This document shows, in pieces, positions 1-9,403 of a stretch of 64,000 nt of DNA. The notes beneath the pieces are model-generated. The model worked only from the letters and a program-made list of their open reading frames with translations. It was not told where the DNA came from and searched no databases. The DNA is from a virus. Its lineage: Duplodnaviria; Caudoviricetes. Made by a program: the position numbers and the translations under genes. The stretch is taken from positions 1,366-65,365 of the IMG/VR virus record IMGVR_UViG_3300035698_003705. The stretch is one strand, 5' to 3'. The first letter of the stretch is position 1. Every line of letters starts with the position of its first letter.

Positions 1-557
1 CTAGTTCAAAGACATTATTTATTGGGCGGTATGTGGACATCAGAACTAAACTTTTTGATTTGCTTCAAGAAAAGCAGATTCAAAAAATAGGTTTGGAGTA
101 TCCAGTTTTTGATAATCTATATTCAGAAGGGATGTACGGATTATTTCTCTATACCTGTGAAGCCCTTTACGATTATGGTGCTGATGTGGTTTTCTTTTCT
201 CCAGGCCAAATCAAAGCACATGCAAGGATACTTCTGAAACGCCCAAAAATCTTGGGCCATCAGTGGAAGATGGAGAAACCTGATATGGTAGAAGCTGCCA
301 AACTAGATACAGGCAGTAAGGCCAACTGGAACCACAATGAGGCGGACGCTTATTTGGTGGCTCGGCTGGCATCTCGGTTCTGGCAGTTTCACGGCGGTTT
401 TATAACAGAAGCAGACCTAAGCCCGTTAGAGTTAAAGCAGTTTACGGAAGTAAAACAGTATGTCAGAGGCAAAAAAGCAGGGTCAACAGTAAAGCGTGGA
501 ATCCTATATAGAGAGAATGAACGCTTTTTTCAGTGGAGTGACGTTAAAAAAGAGTAG
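1..557 (+). CDS. RuvC-like Holliday junction resolvase (5' end probably outside the window)
   Basis: Motifs IGLEYP, SPGQIK and NEADAY match RuvC/RNase H-fold acidic residues. The frame is open back to position 3 and the gene lies next to recA. Confidence 0.65.
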   Translation, partial: SSKTLFIGRYVDIRTKLFDLLQEKQIQKIGLEYPVFDNLYSEGMYGLFLYTCEALYDYGADVVFFSPGQIKAHARILLKRPKILGHQWKMEKPDMVEAAKLDTGSKANWNHNEADAYLVARLASRFWQFHGGFITEADLSPLELKQFTEVKQYVRGKKAGSTVKRGILYRENERFFQWSDVKKE

Positions 558-563
558 TGGTGT
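545..563 (+). repeat. 19-nt exact repeat TAAAAAAGAGTAGTGGTGT, copy 1 (putative promoter)
   Basis: Identical to 9097-9115. Both copies overlap a stop codon and sit upstream of an RBS. Confidence 0.7.
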
Positions 564-590
564 TTACACAACTTGAAGGTAGGAGCTATC

Positions 591-1847
591 ATGGCAAAGA
601 AATTAGATAAAGAGAAGTTGGCAAAAACAGTAGTTCCAAAGAAAAATCAATCTTTGGCTAATGTGCGAGCTGTTATGAACAAGGTTTTTTCAGGTGCGGA
701 GTCGGCTGAGGTTCAGATAGATGAAAGCCGTTTAATTCAATCCTTGCCGCACCTACCCACAGGATCTGTAATTATAGATCACTTGATTGGAGGTGTCCCA
801 AACAGATTGGGTATTATGCCTTGTCCTGGATTTCCCAAGGGGCGTCTGGTAAACCTCTATGGTGCAGAGTCGTCAGGAAAAACAACCTTATGTCTAACAA
901 TGGCTGCAGAGACTATTCGGAAGGGTGGGACTGTAGGTTATATTGACTGGGAGCATAGTGTAGACGTGGCTTATGCTAAGAGTTTGGGGGTGCCTGTTGA
1001 GGATGCAGATTCTTTTCTGCTACTTCAGCCTGAAACATTTGAGAAGGGTCTTTCATATCTGTGGGGTTTGTGCAAGGGCGGTGTAGACTTGGTTGTGATA
1101 GACTCTATTGCTTCCGGTGGTACACAGGCTCAGTGGGACCAGTCCCTAGCAGATAAGGGCGAGATAGGCCGTGTAGGGGCTAAGGCTGCTAAGTGGAGTG
1201 AATACCTACCCCAGCTTAAAGCTATCATTACACGCTCGAACACTTGTGTTGTAGGTGTTTCACAGCTGCGGTCTAAAATTGACACAGGCCCCAAGAGGGG
1301 TTATGGTGGTGAGACTACTCAGGCTCAGGGTGGTATGGCTTGGAAGTTCTTTTCAGAAGTACGCTTGGGACTCAAGTGCATAATGAAGGAGAAGGGCAAA
1401 GCCTATGATTCTATCACCCATACAAACATTGACACTCCTATTGGGAATGTCGTAATTGCTAAAGTGGATAAGTGTAAAGTCTCTGCTTCTCAGGGCCGTC
1501 AGGCACGTTTCTATTTGCGTTATGGGGAAGGTATAGATGATGTGAGATCTATAGTAGAGATTGCAATTTCTAGGGGCTTTATTAAAAAAGCTGGTGCTTG
1601 GTTTTCTTGGGAGAGACCAGACGGCTCTGTTCTGAAGTACTGTGGCATGGAGGAGTTTAAGAAGCATTTGGTTAAAGTCCCAGGAGCTTGGGAAGAACTT
1701 CGCAAAATGGCTTTGGCTGCTATGGCAGGGGCACCGGAAGCAGAACATGTTGATATTGAGGATTTTGATCCTGATGCTGATGTGTTGGCTGAAATCAATG
1801 GTATTCTAAATGGGCCGCCCACGGCTGCTGTAGAAAATAACGACTAG
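591..1847 (+). CDS. recA: RecA recombinase
   Basis: Walker A GAESSGKTT, IDWEH, VVIDS, QLRSKI, GGMAWKFFSEVR and GAWF. RBS AGGAG precedes ATG 591. Confidence 0.95.
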   Translation: MAKKLDKEKLAKTVVPKKNQSLANVRAVMNKVFSGAESAEVQIDESRLIQSLPHLPTGSVIIDHLIGGVPNRLGIMPCPGFPKGRLVNLYGAESSGKTTLCLTMAAETIRKGGTVGYIDWEHSVDVAYAKSLGVPVEDADSFLLLQPETFEKGLSYLWGLCKGGVDLVVIDSIASGGTQAQWDQSLADKGEIGRVGAKAAKWSEYLPQLKAIITRSNTCVVGVSQLRSKIDTGPKRGYGGETTQAQGGMAWKFFSEVRLGLKCIMKEKGKAYDSITHTNIDTPIGNVVIAKVDKCKVSASQGRQARFYLRYGEGIDDVRSIVEIAISRGFIKKAGAWFSWERPDGSVLKYCGMEEFKKHLVKVPGAWEELRKMALAAMAGAPEAEHVDIEDFDPDADVLAEINGILNGPPTAAVENND

Positions 1848-1865
1848 TTAAGAGGGGGTTTTGGA

Positions 1866-2963
1866 ATGCCTGTTAAAGTTCGGATACGTGACTTTCAGTC
1901 CTTAGAGGACATCTCTCTAACAGTTGAGGGCCTAACTGTATTAGTGGGGCAGAACAACGTAGGGAAGAGTGCTATAGTGCGGGCTATCCGAGGGGCATTC
2001 CAGAACACCCGGGGTACAAGTTATATTAGCAACGGGGCTACTAAAACCATTGTGGATTTGGATTTCTGTGATGGGCACACTTTGACTTGGGAAAAGGGTC
2101 GTGGCCCAAAGGACAAACCAACCTACATAATTGATGGTGGTAGTCCCATACACCCAGGCCAAGGCGTGCCTAAAGAAGTCTCTACTTTAGGTGTGGCACC
2201 CATATCAGTAGCAGGTAAAGAAATATGGCCTCAGATCGCACCTCAATTCAAACAAGTCTTTTTATTGGACCAGCCTGGATCTGTTTTAGCGGAAGCAGTT
2301 GCTGATATAGACAGGGTCTCACAATTGAATGATGCCTTGCGGGCAGCCTCCTCAGATAAAAGGGCAACCTCTTCTAAAAGGACTGTTCGTCAAGCAGACC
2401 AGGAAGCTTTGGAAAAACAGTTGCTACAATTTGAGGGTTTAGATGCTTTTGTGAATAAACTCAAGGACTTAGACGAAAAAGCAGTCCTTTTGTCAAGACT
2501 CGAAGCTGCAATAAAAGGACTTTATGAATTGCGTTCTCGTAGACAAGCGGCACAGCAGGCTGTTAAAAGTCTGGAAGGTGTTGAAACACAAAAAGTCGCT
2601 GTTGAAGCCCTAACAAAACAGGCCGTGCAACTGCAAGGTTTGGAATCAGAAATGAGGACTCTGAAAAAACTGCAGGATCAACATTCTCTGTTTTCAAGTA
2701 GGGTGGCTAGACTGGTAGGTTTCCTACCACCTTCAGAGGAAGGTGTTTTTGACAATGCTATAAAAATGGAAGCCGCATTGACTATGGTTCAGGGCTTGGC
2801 TTTCAAATATAAAAGCTGTCTGAAACAAATACCTCCTTTAGAGGTGGAACTGGAAACTACTAAAACCGCTGAAATTCAGGCTACGGCGGATGTTGCCCAG
2901 TTCTTGGAATCCTTGGGGCAGTGTCCTATATGTGGGTCTGTGTGTCAGCACAAGGAGTCCTGA
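1866..2963 (+). CDS. SbcC/Rad50-like ATPase, N-terminal half (Walker A, coiled coil, zinc hook)
   Basis: IRDFQS, Walker A GQNNVGKS, a coiled coil and terminal CPICG. No signature motif or Walker B is present. Confidence 0.85.
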   Translation: MPVKVRIRDFQSLEDISLTVEGLTVLVGQNNVGKSAIVRAIRGAFQNTRGTSYISNGATKTIVDLDFCDGHTLTWEKGRGPKDKPTYIIDGGSPIHPGQGVPKEVSTLGVAPISVAGKEIWPQIAPQFKQVFLLDQPGSVLAEAVADIDRVSQLNDALRAASSDKRATSSKRTVRQADQEALEKQLLQFEGLDAFVNKLKDLDEKAVLLSRLEAAIKGLYELRSRRQAAQQAVKSLEGVETQKVAVEALTKQAVQLQGLESEMRTLKKLQDQHSLFSSRVARLVGFLPPSEEGVFDNAIKMEAALTMVQGLAFKYKSCLKQIPPLEVELETTKTAEIQATADVAQFLESLGQCPICGSVCQHKES

Positions 2964-3622
2964 TGATGAATGTGTTATTGTTATGCTACGCTCTTTTATT
3001 TGGCCCTCCGAATGTTTCTGAAGTACCGAGACTAGAAATCCAGTCTCGATCAGAGCAGACAGCAGAGATCCGAGAAGCAATGGCCATGGTGGCTACTGCA
3101 GAAAGCAGGTTGAATTTGGAGGAGCTTAATGCTCGGTGGGTTAGACGAGATAAAAACCCTGAAGTGCAAAATCTTGATGTTATATCAGATGCTATTTGGG
3201 TGGCTGCAGAATCGTACAATGTAGACTCTTTCCTTCTAATCTCTTTAGTGTGGAAGGAGTCAAGATTTAGAGTGAGGGCATTGGGAGACAAAAAGAATGG
3301 GGTTTACCGGAGTTGTGGCCTATCGCAGGTAAGAACGGATCTAAGGGACCACCGCCGGTTTTGGGACGCTGAAAAAAAGAAGTATGTTGGAAAGATGGTG
3401 CCCAGACCAACTTGCGAGCAGTTACTAGATCCCTACTTTGCAATTCCTTGGACCGCAATGCATCTAACAACTTTTCCCAAGTTGTCAGATGGGAGGATTA
3501 ACTTGACACCCTATAATGGGAAGCGCTCAGGAAGATTTGTTTGGAAACGAGTATTCTGGCTTAGAAAACAAATAGCAATAAAAGGTGGTTTTGATGGCAG
3601 TGAAAGTTGTTTGGCGAACTGA
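2963..3622 (+). CDS. Lytic transglycosylase (SLT-like) with N-terminal hydrophobic segment
   Basis: LLISLVWKESRF and GLSQV motifs, C-terminal YN, and a hydrophobic N-terminus. Confidence 0.7.
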   Translation: MMNVLLLCYALLFGPPNVSEVPRLEIQSRSEQTAEIREAMAMVATAESRLNLEELNARWVRRDKNPEVQNLDVISDAIWVAAESYNVDSFLLISLVWKESRFRVRALGDKKNGVYRSCGLSQVRTDLRDHRRFWDAEKKKYVGKMVPRPTCEQLLDPYFAIPWTAMHLTTFPKLSDGRINLTPYNGKRSGRFVWKRVFWLRKQIAIKGGFDGSESCLAN

Positions 3623-4568
3623 TATACATCTAGCAGACCAAGCCCCTGCAGCCAGAACTGATGTTTGGCTGGATACAATGCTGGATAAAATTCAGCAGGT
3701 TGGTGGTTTGGCAAAGAGGGTGAAGGCTGATGTTGTTTTGGATGGTGGGGATCTATTCCATATCAAAAGCCCTACTCGTAACAGCCATGAGCTAGTGCAG
3801 TCTGTTGCGGAGGCACACATGCAATACCCCTGCCCTGTGTGGGGGACTGTTGGGAATCACGATGTGAAGTTTGAAAACATCCTGTATCTAAACGAAAGCC
3901 CGCTGGGGGTTCTGTTTAAGACAGGTGTTATACACCCCCTATACGAAGCTAACCAAGAACTCATTATAGACAAGGGTGGGGTGAAGATTCGTGTTGTGGG
4001 CGTTCCTTACCATGGCACTACTTACGATATGAGTAGATTCAATATCCAGAAGAAGGATGAGGATTGGCTTGTAGTGGTGGCACATTGCTTAGCTTCCCCT
4101 ACAGGGCAATCGCTGTTTGGGGCGGAAGATGTTTTGAAGTATTCTGATTTGGCAAAGCTAAATCCTGATGTCTGGCTGTTTGGCCACTTTCACAAAGACC
4201 AAGGGGTTACTGAGATCATCCCCGGCAAGTGGGTGGTGAACATAGGCAGCCTTTCTAGGGGGACACTATCTGCTGATGATGTGGGTAGGACACCATCTTG
4301 TGCTGTACTGAGCTTTGAGAAAACAAAGGTGTCTATTGAGAAGGTGCCTTTGAAGGTACAGCCTGCATCTGAAGTTTTCAATCTGGTAGAGAAAGCTAGG
4401 GAAGACGCACAAGAGTTTACATTAGATACCTTGGTGAACTCTCTAAAGGTATCTTTGGCACAAAGAGTGGAAGGATCCCTTTTGGACACTATCCGTTTGC
4501 TCCCGGACGTGCCGGATGCTGTAAAGGGGCGTACCATCAGCTATCTGGAGGTGGCCGGTGCTAAATGA
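3594..4568 (+). CDS. SbcD/Mre11-like metallophosphoesterase nuclease
   Basis: TDIH, GGDLF, GNHD, AH and GHFH calcineurin-like motifs, plus NIGS. Confidence 0.9.
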   Translation: MAVKVVWRTDIHLADQAPAARTDVWLDTMLDKIQQVGGLAKRVKADVVLDGGDLFHIKSPTRNSHELVQSVAEAHMQYPCPVWGTVGNHDVKFENILYLNESPLGVLFKTGVIHPLYEANQELIIDKGGVKIRVVGVPYHGTTYDMSRFNIQKKDEDWLVVVAHCLASPTGQSLFGAEDVLKYSDLAKLNPDVWLFGHFHKDQGVTEIIPGKWVVNIGSLSRGTLSADDVGRTPSCAVLSFEKTKVSIEKVPLKVQPASEVFNLVEKAREDAQEFTLDTLVNSLKVSLAQRVEGSLLDTIRLLPDVPDAVKGRTISYLEVAGAK

Positions 4569-4995
4569 TGCCAAACTTTTGATCGAGTTAATCCCTAAGT
4601 CCTCTTGGGGTGTTAATTTGCGAACAAGCATCCCACAGAAGAATTGGCGGCTGCTCGGAGCAGATTGTATTGATCGTGCAGGCCATAACTGCGAAATCTG
4701 TGGGGCACCCGAAAAGAAGGGACGCCCTTTGGAATGCCATGAAGTTTGGCAATACGATGAAAAGACTGTTGTTCAAAAGCTAGTTAGGCTGATAGCTTTG
4801 TGTAAGGACTGTCATAGAGTCAAACATGCTGGCCGTGCCCTTAATAATGGAGAGGGCTACTTAGTGACTAGGCATCTGCAAAAAGTTAATGGCTGGACAG
4901 ATAAGCAGATCCAAGATCACTTAACAGAAACACGTGAGAAGTGGCTCCGCCACTCAATGCTAGAATGGCTAGTAGATATCAACCTAGTTTTTTAA
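4558..4995 (+). CDS. HNH endonuclease
   Basis: CEICG, ECHEVW and LCKDCHRVKH. Confidence 0.85.
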   Translation: MLNDAKLLIELIPKSSWGVNLRTSIPQKNWRLLGADCIDRAGHNCEICGAPEKKGRPLECHEVWQYDEKTVVQKLVRLIALCKDCHRVKHAGRALNNGEGYLVTRHLQKVNGWTDKQIQDHLTETREKWLRHSMLEWLVDINLVF

Positions 4996-5026
4996 TCTGG
5001 ATCATTGCAACCCAACTTTGAGTAGT
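4996..5026 (+). promoter_or_regulatory. Bipartite promoter-like element TCTGGATCATT-N13-GAGTAGT, copy 1
   Basis: The same two boxes with the same 13-nt spacing occur at 6397-6427. This copy is intergenic, upstream of an RBS. Confidence 0.65.
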
Positions 5027-5054
5027 GTCCTTAGACAACACGGAGGGCACTACT

Positions 5055-6053
5055 ATGGATGAAATCGTTATAACTGTCGGGCTCCCTGGGGCTGGTAAGT
5101 CAACCCACATTAAATCTTTGGTAGATCAAGGGTACACCAGAATCAATAGAGACTTGGTTGGTGGGGATCTTATCAGTACAAACTCACTTGTCTATCAGAA
5201 GCTTAAAAACCTCTATAGAGACAATGGTGTTCGGACTTTTGTTCTGGATAATACTTACATATCAAAGTCACACAGGGCTGTTGTTATAGAGGTGGCTCGG
5301 GAGTTAGGGCTTCCTGTTAGAGTGCTGTGGCTGCAAACTACGCTAGAGCAAGCACAGTTTCTTGCCTCTTTGAGGCAGGTTCGTAACTATGGGCATGTTT
5401 TGAAGCCTTCAGAGTATGCCAAGTATAGAGAGGACCCGGGTGGTTTCCCACCCATTGTGCAGTATTCCTTTAGGAAGCGTTTTGAGGAGCCCTCACTAGC
5501 GGAAGGCTTTGCACAGATAGAGATCGCCCCCATGCAGATCACTTTGGATCCTGCGGTTTATAAAAACAGTGCTTATATTTTTGATTATGATGGTACTTTG
5601 AGGTGTACGAAGTCTGGGAATATATACCCAAAAGATCCAAGCGATGTTTTGATCCTTAAGGGTAGGGGAAAGGCGTTGCAAAGGCTTCATGCAGATGGTG
5701 TTTTAATTCTGGGGGCGTCTAACCAGTCTGGGATTGCTAAAAAGCCTGGTGACCCTAAATATGTTTCAGAAGAGGCTGCAATCAAGTGTTTTGAGGAAAC
5801 GAACCGTCTTTTGGGCGTTCCTATTGATTATATGTATGCTGCTGATAGGGCTGGTGTGCCTCAATCTTTTTTGAGAAAACCCCTGCCGGGAATGGGTGTA
5901 GCCTTCATTGAAAAGTACAAACTAGACCCTAAGCGGGTTTGTTATGTGGGTGACATGAAGTCTGATAAAACTTTTGCAGATCGCTGTGGTTTTGATTTTA
6001 TCGAGGCTTTTTATTTTTTCGACTTGGGGGTGCGTAGTGACTTTCCTAACTAA
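5055..6053 (+). CDS. Polynucleotide 5'-kinase / 3'-phosphatase (P-loop plus HAD)
   Basis: GLPGAGKS, RINRD and DNT in the kinase half. FDYDGTL, SNQSG, RKP and VGD in the HAD phosphatase half. Confidence 0.9.
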   Translation: MDEIVITVGLPGAGKSTHIKSLVDQGYTRINRDLVGGDLISTNSLVYQKLKNLYRDNGVRTFVLDNTYISKSHRAVVIEVARELGLPVRVLWLQTTLEQAQFLASLRQVRNYGHVLKPSEYAKYREDPGGFPPIVQYSFRKRFEEPSLAEGFAQIEIAPMQITLDPAVYKNSAYIFDYDGTLRCTKSGNIYPKDPSDVLILKGRGKALQRLHADGVLILGASNQSGIAKKPGDPKYVSEEAAIKCFEETNRLLGVPIDYMYAADRAGVPQSFLRKPLPGMGVAFIEKYKLDPKRVCYVGDMKSDKTFADRCGFDFIEAFYFFDLGVRSDFPN

Positions 6054-6414
6054 GCAAGAATATGACAAACAGTTTGCGTCTTTAACAAGGTCTAACCAAA
6101 GGCCCTCAAACACTATAAATAGTTTTGGAGTTGCTGTTAAATGGACAGATTCTTTTGCTCAGATCCGAGAAGTCCACAAAGACTTGGGTTCTAAAAAGGA
6201 GACTTTTGTATTTGATTTGCTGTATGTTCCGGGCAAGTCAAAAGCTTTGGTTAAAATAGTGGTGACAGGATGTGGTTTTTCCCTGTCTGGGAAGGGCTTT
6301 TCCTATGCTGTCTACCTGGACTTCCCTGTTGAAAAACCCTTCGCAGAGCTTGAAGATATACGGAGTTGGGTGTTGGAGAACATCAAGAAGTCTTTTTCTG
6401 GATCATTAAACTGA
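6037..6414 (+). CDS. Hypothetical protein
   Basis: ORF fills the gap between neighbours. GTG start after a G-rich RBS is uncertain. Confidence 0.55.
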   Translation: MTFLTKQEYDKQFASLTRSNQRPSNTINSFGVAVKWTDSFAQIREVHKDLGSKKETFVFDLLYVPGKSKALVKIVVTGCGFSLSGKGFSYAVYLDFPVEKPFAELEDIRSWVLENIKKSFSGSLN

Positions 6415-6427
6415 GATTCAGAGTAGT
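6397..6427 (+). promoter_or_regulatory. Bipartite promoter-like element TCTGGATCATT-N13-GAGTAGT, copy 2
   Basis: Matches 4996-5026. Confidence 0.65.
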
Positions 6428-6454
6428 ATGTATGTAACTAAATAGGAGAACCTT

Positions 6455-6667
6455 ATGAAAACTTTGTCAGAAAAAATCAACGGTGCTAAAAAAGTGTACG
6501 ACAAAAATAGAAAGGACGTGGGTAAGCTGCTCAAGGACTTGGACGCAGGCATGAAAAAGCACACTCAAGCTTTCCAGAAGGACTCAGTCAACTGGGGCTA
6601 TGTTGGGGACATTACTGCTGTTAAGGAAGATCTACAAAAGATTGTAGACTTCTTAGCGGATCAGTGA
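6455..6667 (+). CDS. Small helical hypothetical protein
   Basis: AGGAG RBS and a 70-aa ORF containing NWGYVGD. Confidence 0.75.
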   Translation: MKTLSEKINGAKKVYDKNRKDVGKLLKDLDAGMKKHTQAFQKDSVNWGYVGDITAVKEDLQKIVDFLADQ

Positions 6668-7749
6668 TGAACTTCTCTGAAGTCTATAAAGGCAACCTTA
6701 AGTGGTTGCCTTCTCGGATAATCCTGCTATCTGTTTCGGGAAGCCGTGCCTACGGTACTTCAAGACCCACGTCTGATTATGACTACAGGGGCGTTGCAGT
6801 ACCGCCTAGAGCTTATCGTGATGGATTCCTGAATAGGTTTGAGCAGGCTGAGATCAAAGAGCCCGATATTGTTGTCCATGAGCTTCGGAAGTTTATGAGC
6901 TTGGCAGCAGATTGCAACCCAAATATCTGTGAGGTCTTGTGGGTAGAGCCTGAAGACAGACTGGTTTTTACAGAGGCAGGGCAGCTACTGATAGATCACA
7001 GGGAGAAGTTTTTAAGCCAAAAGGCTTCTTTCACATATCGTGGTTATGCCATGTCACAACTAAAGAGAATAAGATCTCACAGACAATGGCTTTTAAACCC
7101 AATGGAAGTCAAGCCTACCAGAAAAGATTTTGACTTGCCTGAAAGAACTGTTATTCCAGCAGATCAGTTAGCAGCAGCTAGTTCCAACGTCCAGAAAAAG
7201 ATGGATACATGGGCGGTGGACTACGGGCCTCTGGATGAGGCCGCTAAAATAGCTATTCAAGAGCAAGTCAAGAACTATCTTGTTGACCTGTCTGTAGGTT
7301 CAGACGACCACTTCAATAGTGCAGCACGGCTGTTGGGCTTTTCAGAAAACTTTCTGCTGTTGCTAGAGACTGAGAAACGCTATCATGCAGCTCTTCGGAA
7401 TTGGCAGCAATATCAGGATTGGAAAACAAACAGGAATGAGACACGCGCTGCTTTAGAAGCAAAATTCCATTATGACTCAAAACATGGTATGCACTTGGTC
7501 AGGCTTATGAAAACATGCCGTGAGATTTTAACGGAAGGCAAAATCATAGTTCGCAGACCTGACGCAGCGGAACTTATGGCTATCCGGGATGGGGCTTGGA
7601 GTTTTGACAAACTGATAGCTTGGGCAGAAGAACAGGATTTGGAACTACAGGGAATGGCTGCTAAGTCGCCGCTACCAAAGGCACCTGACAGGGTTTTTCT
7701 GGACAATCTATGTCAAGAGGTCACGGCTTTGGTTGAAAACGAGTGTTGA
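6664..7749 (+). CDS. Pol-beta superfamily nucleotidyltransferase (T4 NrdC.11/YcgL/RlaP-like)
   Basis: SGSRAYG, SDYDYRGV, NPNICE, GYAMSQ, KHGMHLVRL and LPKAPD. Confidence 0.85.
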   Translation: MMNFSEVYKGNLKWLPSRIILLSVSGSRAYGTSRPTSDYDYRGVAVPPRAYRDGFLNRFEQAEIKEPDIVVHELRKFMSLAADCNPNICEVLWVEPEDRLVFTEAGQLLIDHREKFLSQKASFTYRGYAMSQLKRIRSHRQWLLNPMEVKPTRKDFDLPERTVIPADQLAAASSNVQKKMDTWAVDYGPLDEAAKIAIQEQVKNYLVDLSVGSDDHFNSAARLLGFSENFLLLLETEKRYHAALRNWQQYQDWKTNRNETRAALEAKFHYDSKHGMHLVRLMKTCREILTEGKIIVRRPDAAELMAIRDGAWSFDKLIAWAEEQDLELQGMAAKSPLPKAPDRVFLDNLCQEVTALVENEC

Positions 7750-7809
7750 TAGCTGTTCCCTTGGTAAAGTAACCATGAGAATAGGACTAACTTGTGAGGT
7801 TTATTAAAA

Positions 7810-8058
7810 ATGACAAGAAAAGAACACGGCATTATGAAGAAGGCAATGGAAATCCTCAAAAAAGAGTTTGTAAAGAGGGCCCCTGCAGATGGCATAGGAA
7901 AAGGCATGGTTACAATACAGACATTTGGAACCTTTACTGTCCGGCGTGCCGCATCCCGAAAAGCCCGTAACCCAGCAACAGGAGAGATAGTTATTATTCC
8001 TGATAGAACTGTGGTGCGTTTTGCTATGTCAAAAGCACTTCTTGATGCTTTGAACTGA
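7810..8058 (+). CDS. HU/IHF-like DNA-binding protein
   Basis: FGTF, RKARNPATGE and VRFAMSKAL. Confidence 0.9.
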   Translation: MTRKEHGIMKKAMEILKKEFVKRAPADGIGKGMVTIQTFGTFTVRRAASRKARNPATGEIVIIPDRTVVRFAMSKALLDALN

Positions 8059-8137
8059 GAATTCGTTTTTGGAGTAGAGTGCTTAATGAAGGAGCCGGAC
8101 TATTTCCGGCCCTCTCTAATAAGTTGAGGTGTGTTAA

Positions 8138-9109
8138 ATGAAAAGACCTTATACATTATACTGGTCAAGTCTCCCCCTATATGAAGGATGCCCCCAAAGA
8201 TATTTATGGCAAAAGGGCTGGGGTAACATTGATGTGGGCGGTGGGATGGGTAGAAAGAAACCTAAACCAGTTAAAAAGTCTGAGCACAGTGCTGTTTTAG
8301 GGACTGTTATCCAAGCGGTTGTAGAACGTTTTTACGAAGACCAGCTTTGGAAGGTGCTTAGCCCCGAGCAGCTCAGGTCCCGTTTACTTGAGATTGCAGA
8401 CGAAAACCTGAATCTTGAAACTTCCCGTAAATTTATAGATTGGCGGATAGCTCCTTCAAGGGACGAAATGCGTCAGACTATCCACGAGGGTGTTTTAGGG
8501 TATATGAGAACCTTAAAGGCTCACATGCTTCTAGGCCCCTATGCCAGAGCAGAAGTTGAACTGCTTGGTTATGTGGACAGGCGTACTCCTGTAGGTGGCC
8601 GTGTGGACATGGTCATTAGACGGGATGACACTGGGATTACAATGCTTGACGGCAAAAATAGTAAGCGGTACAAAGATGGGAAGGGTGGGCTTATGACCTA
8701 CACAGATCCCGATCAGTTGCGTTGGTATGCGATGCTATTCTATCTGTGCTATAAGAAGCTGCCAGACAGACTGGGCTTCTGCTACTTTAGATACCCTTAC
8801 GGATCCCCTGTATTAGATGTTGATGGCAACCCTACAGGGGAACTAGAGCCTGGGGTAACTTGGGTTGACTTCACTAAAGAAGATTTGAAAAGTTTAGCCC
8901 AAAGGGCTGTAGACGCACGGAAAGGTATGGAGTATGAGAAGTTCGCACCTACTCCAAGTGCAAAGCAATGCCACTTCTGTGATTACGCTACTGTTTGCCC
9001 CGAACGTATAGCACAGAAAGCTTCTAGGGCGAGAAAGCCTAAAGATAAGATTCCACTAAATACAGAAAATCTTGGGGTGTTTACTTTCGGCGGTGCTAAA
9101 AAAGAGTAG
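8138..9109 (+). CDS. PD-(D/E)XK nuclease (Cas4/RecB-like exonuclease)
   Basis: CPQRY, GRVD, LDGK, QLRWY and a C-terminal CHFC-x5-C cluster. Confidence 0.85.
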   Translation: MKRPYTLYWSSLPLYEGCPQRYLWQKGWGNIDVGGGMGRKKPKPVKKSEHSAVLGTVIQAVVERFYEDQLWKVLSPEQLRSRLLEIADENLNLETSRKFIDWRIAPSRDEMRQTIHEGVLGYMRTLKAHMLLGPYARAEVELLGYVDRRTPVGGRVDMVIRRDDTGITMLDGKNSKRYKDGKGGLMTYTDPDQLRWYAMLFYLCYKKLPDRLGFCYFRYPYGSPVLDVDGNPTGELEPGVTWVDFTKEDLKSLAQRAVDARKGMEYEKFAPTPSAKQCHFCDYATVCPERIAQKASRARKPKDKIPLNTENLGVFTFGGAKKE

Positions 9110-9115
9110 TGGTGT
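9097..9115 (+). repeat. 19-nt exact repeat, copy 2 (putative promoter)
   Basis: Identical to 545-563. Confidence 0.7.
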
Positions 9116-9130
9116 GTAACAGGAGGATAC

Positions 9131-9403
9131 ATGGAAGCCAAAGAACAGATTAATCAGTTGATTTCTAAAAAAGAGGCTCTTCAGAAAAACATACAAAGGA
9201 TTCAAGGACGTTTGGATTCTGCAAGAGCTGATTTGGAGTCTATTGAAGCAGAACTGAAACAGCGGAAGGTTGACCCCGCTAATTTAGATGCTGTGATTCA
9301 GCAACTGGAAACGCGGTTTGAAACAGAAATGCAAATGTTGCAGAAGCAGACGGCAGAAGCCGAAGCTCAAATAACCCCTTACCTTGAGGAGCAGAGAGTA
9401 TGA
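9131..9403 (+). CDS. Small coiled-coil protein
   Basis: AGGAGG RBS and a heptad-rich 90-aa sequence. Confidence 0.85.
   Translation: MEAKEQINQLISKKEALQKNIQRIQGRLDSARADLESIEAELKQRKVDPANLDAVIQQLETRFETEMQMLQKQTAEAEAQITPYLEEQRV

Noticed and set aside
8138-9109. CRISPR-Cas locus suggested by the Cas4-like nuclease
   Set aside because: No repeat-spacer array or other cas genes are present, and solo Cas4/RecB-like nucleases are common in phages.
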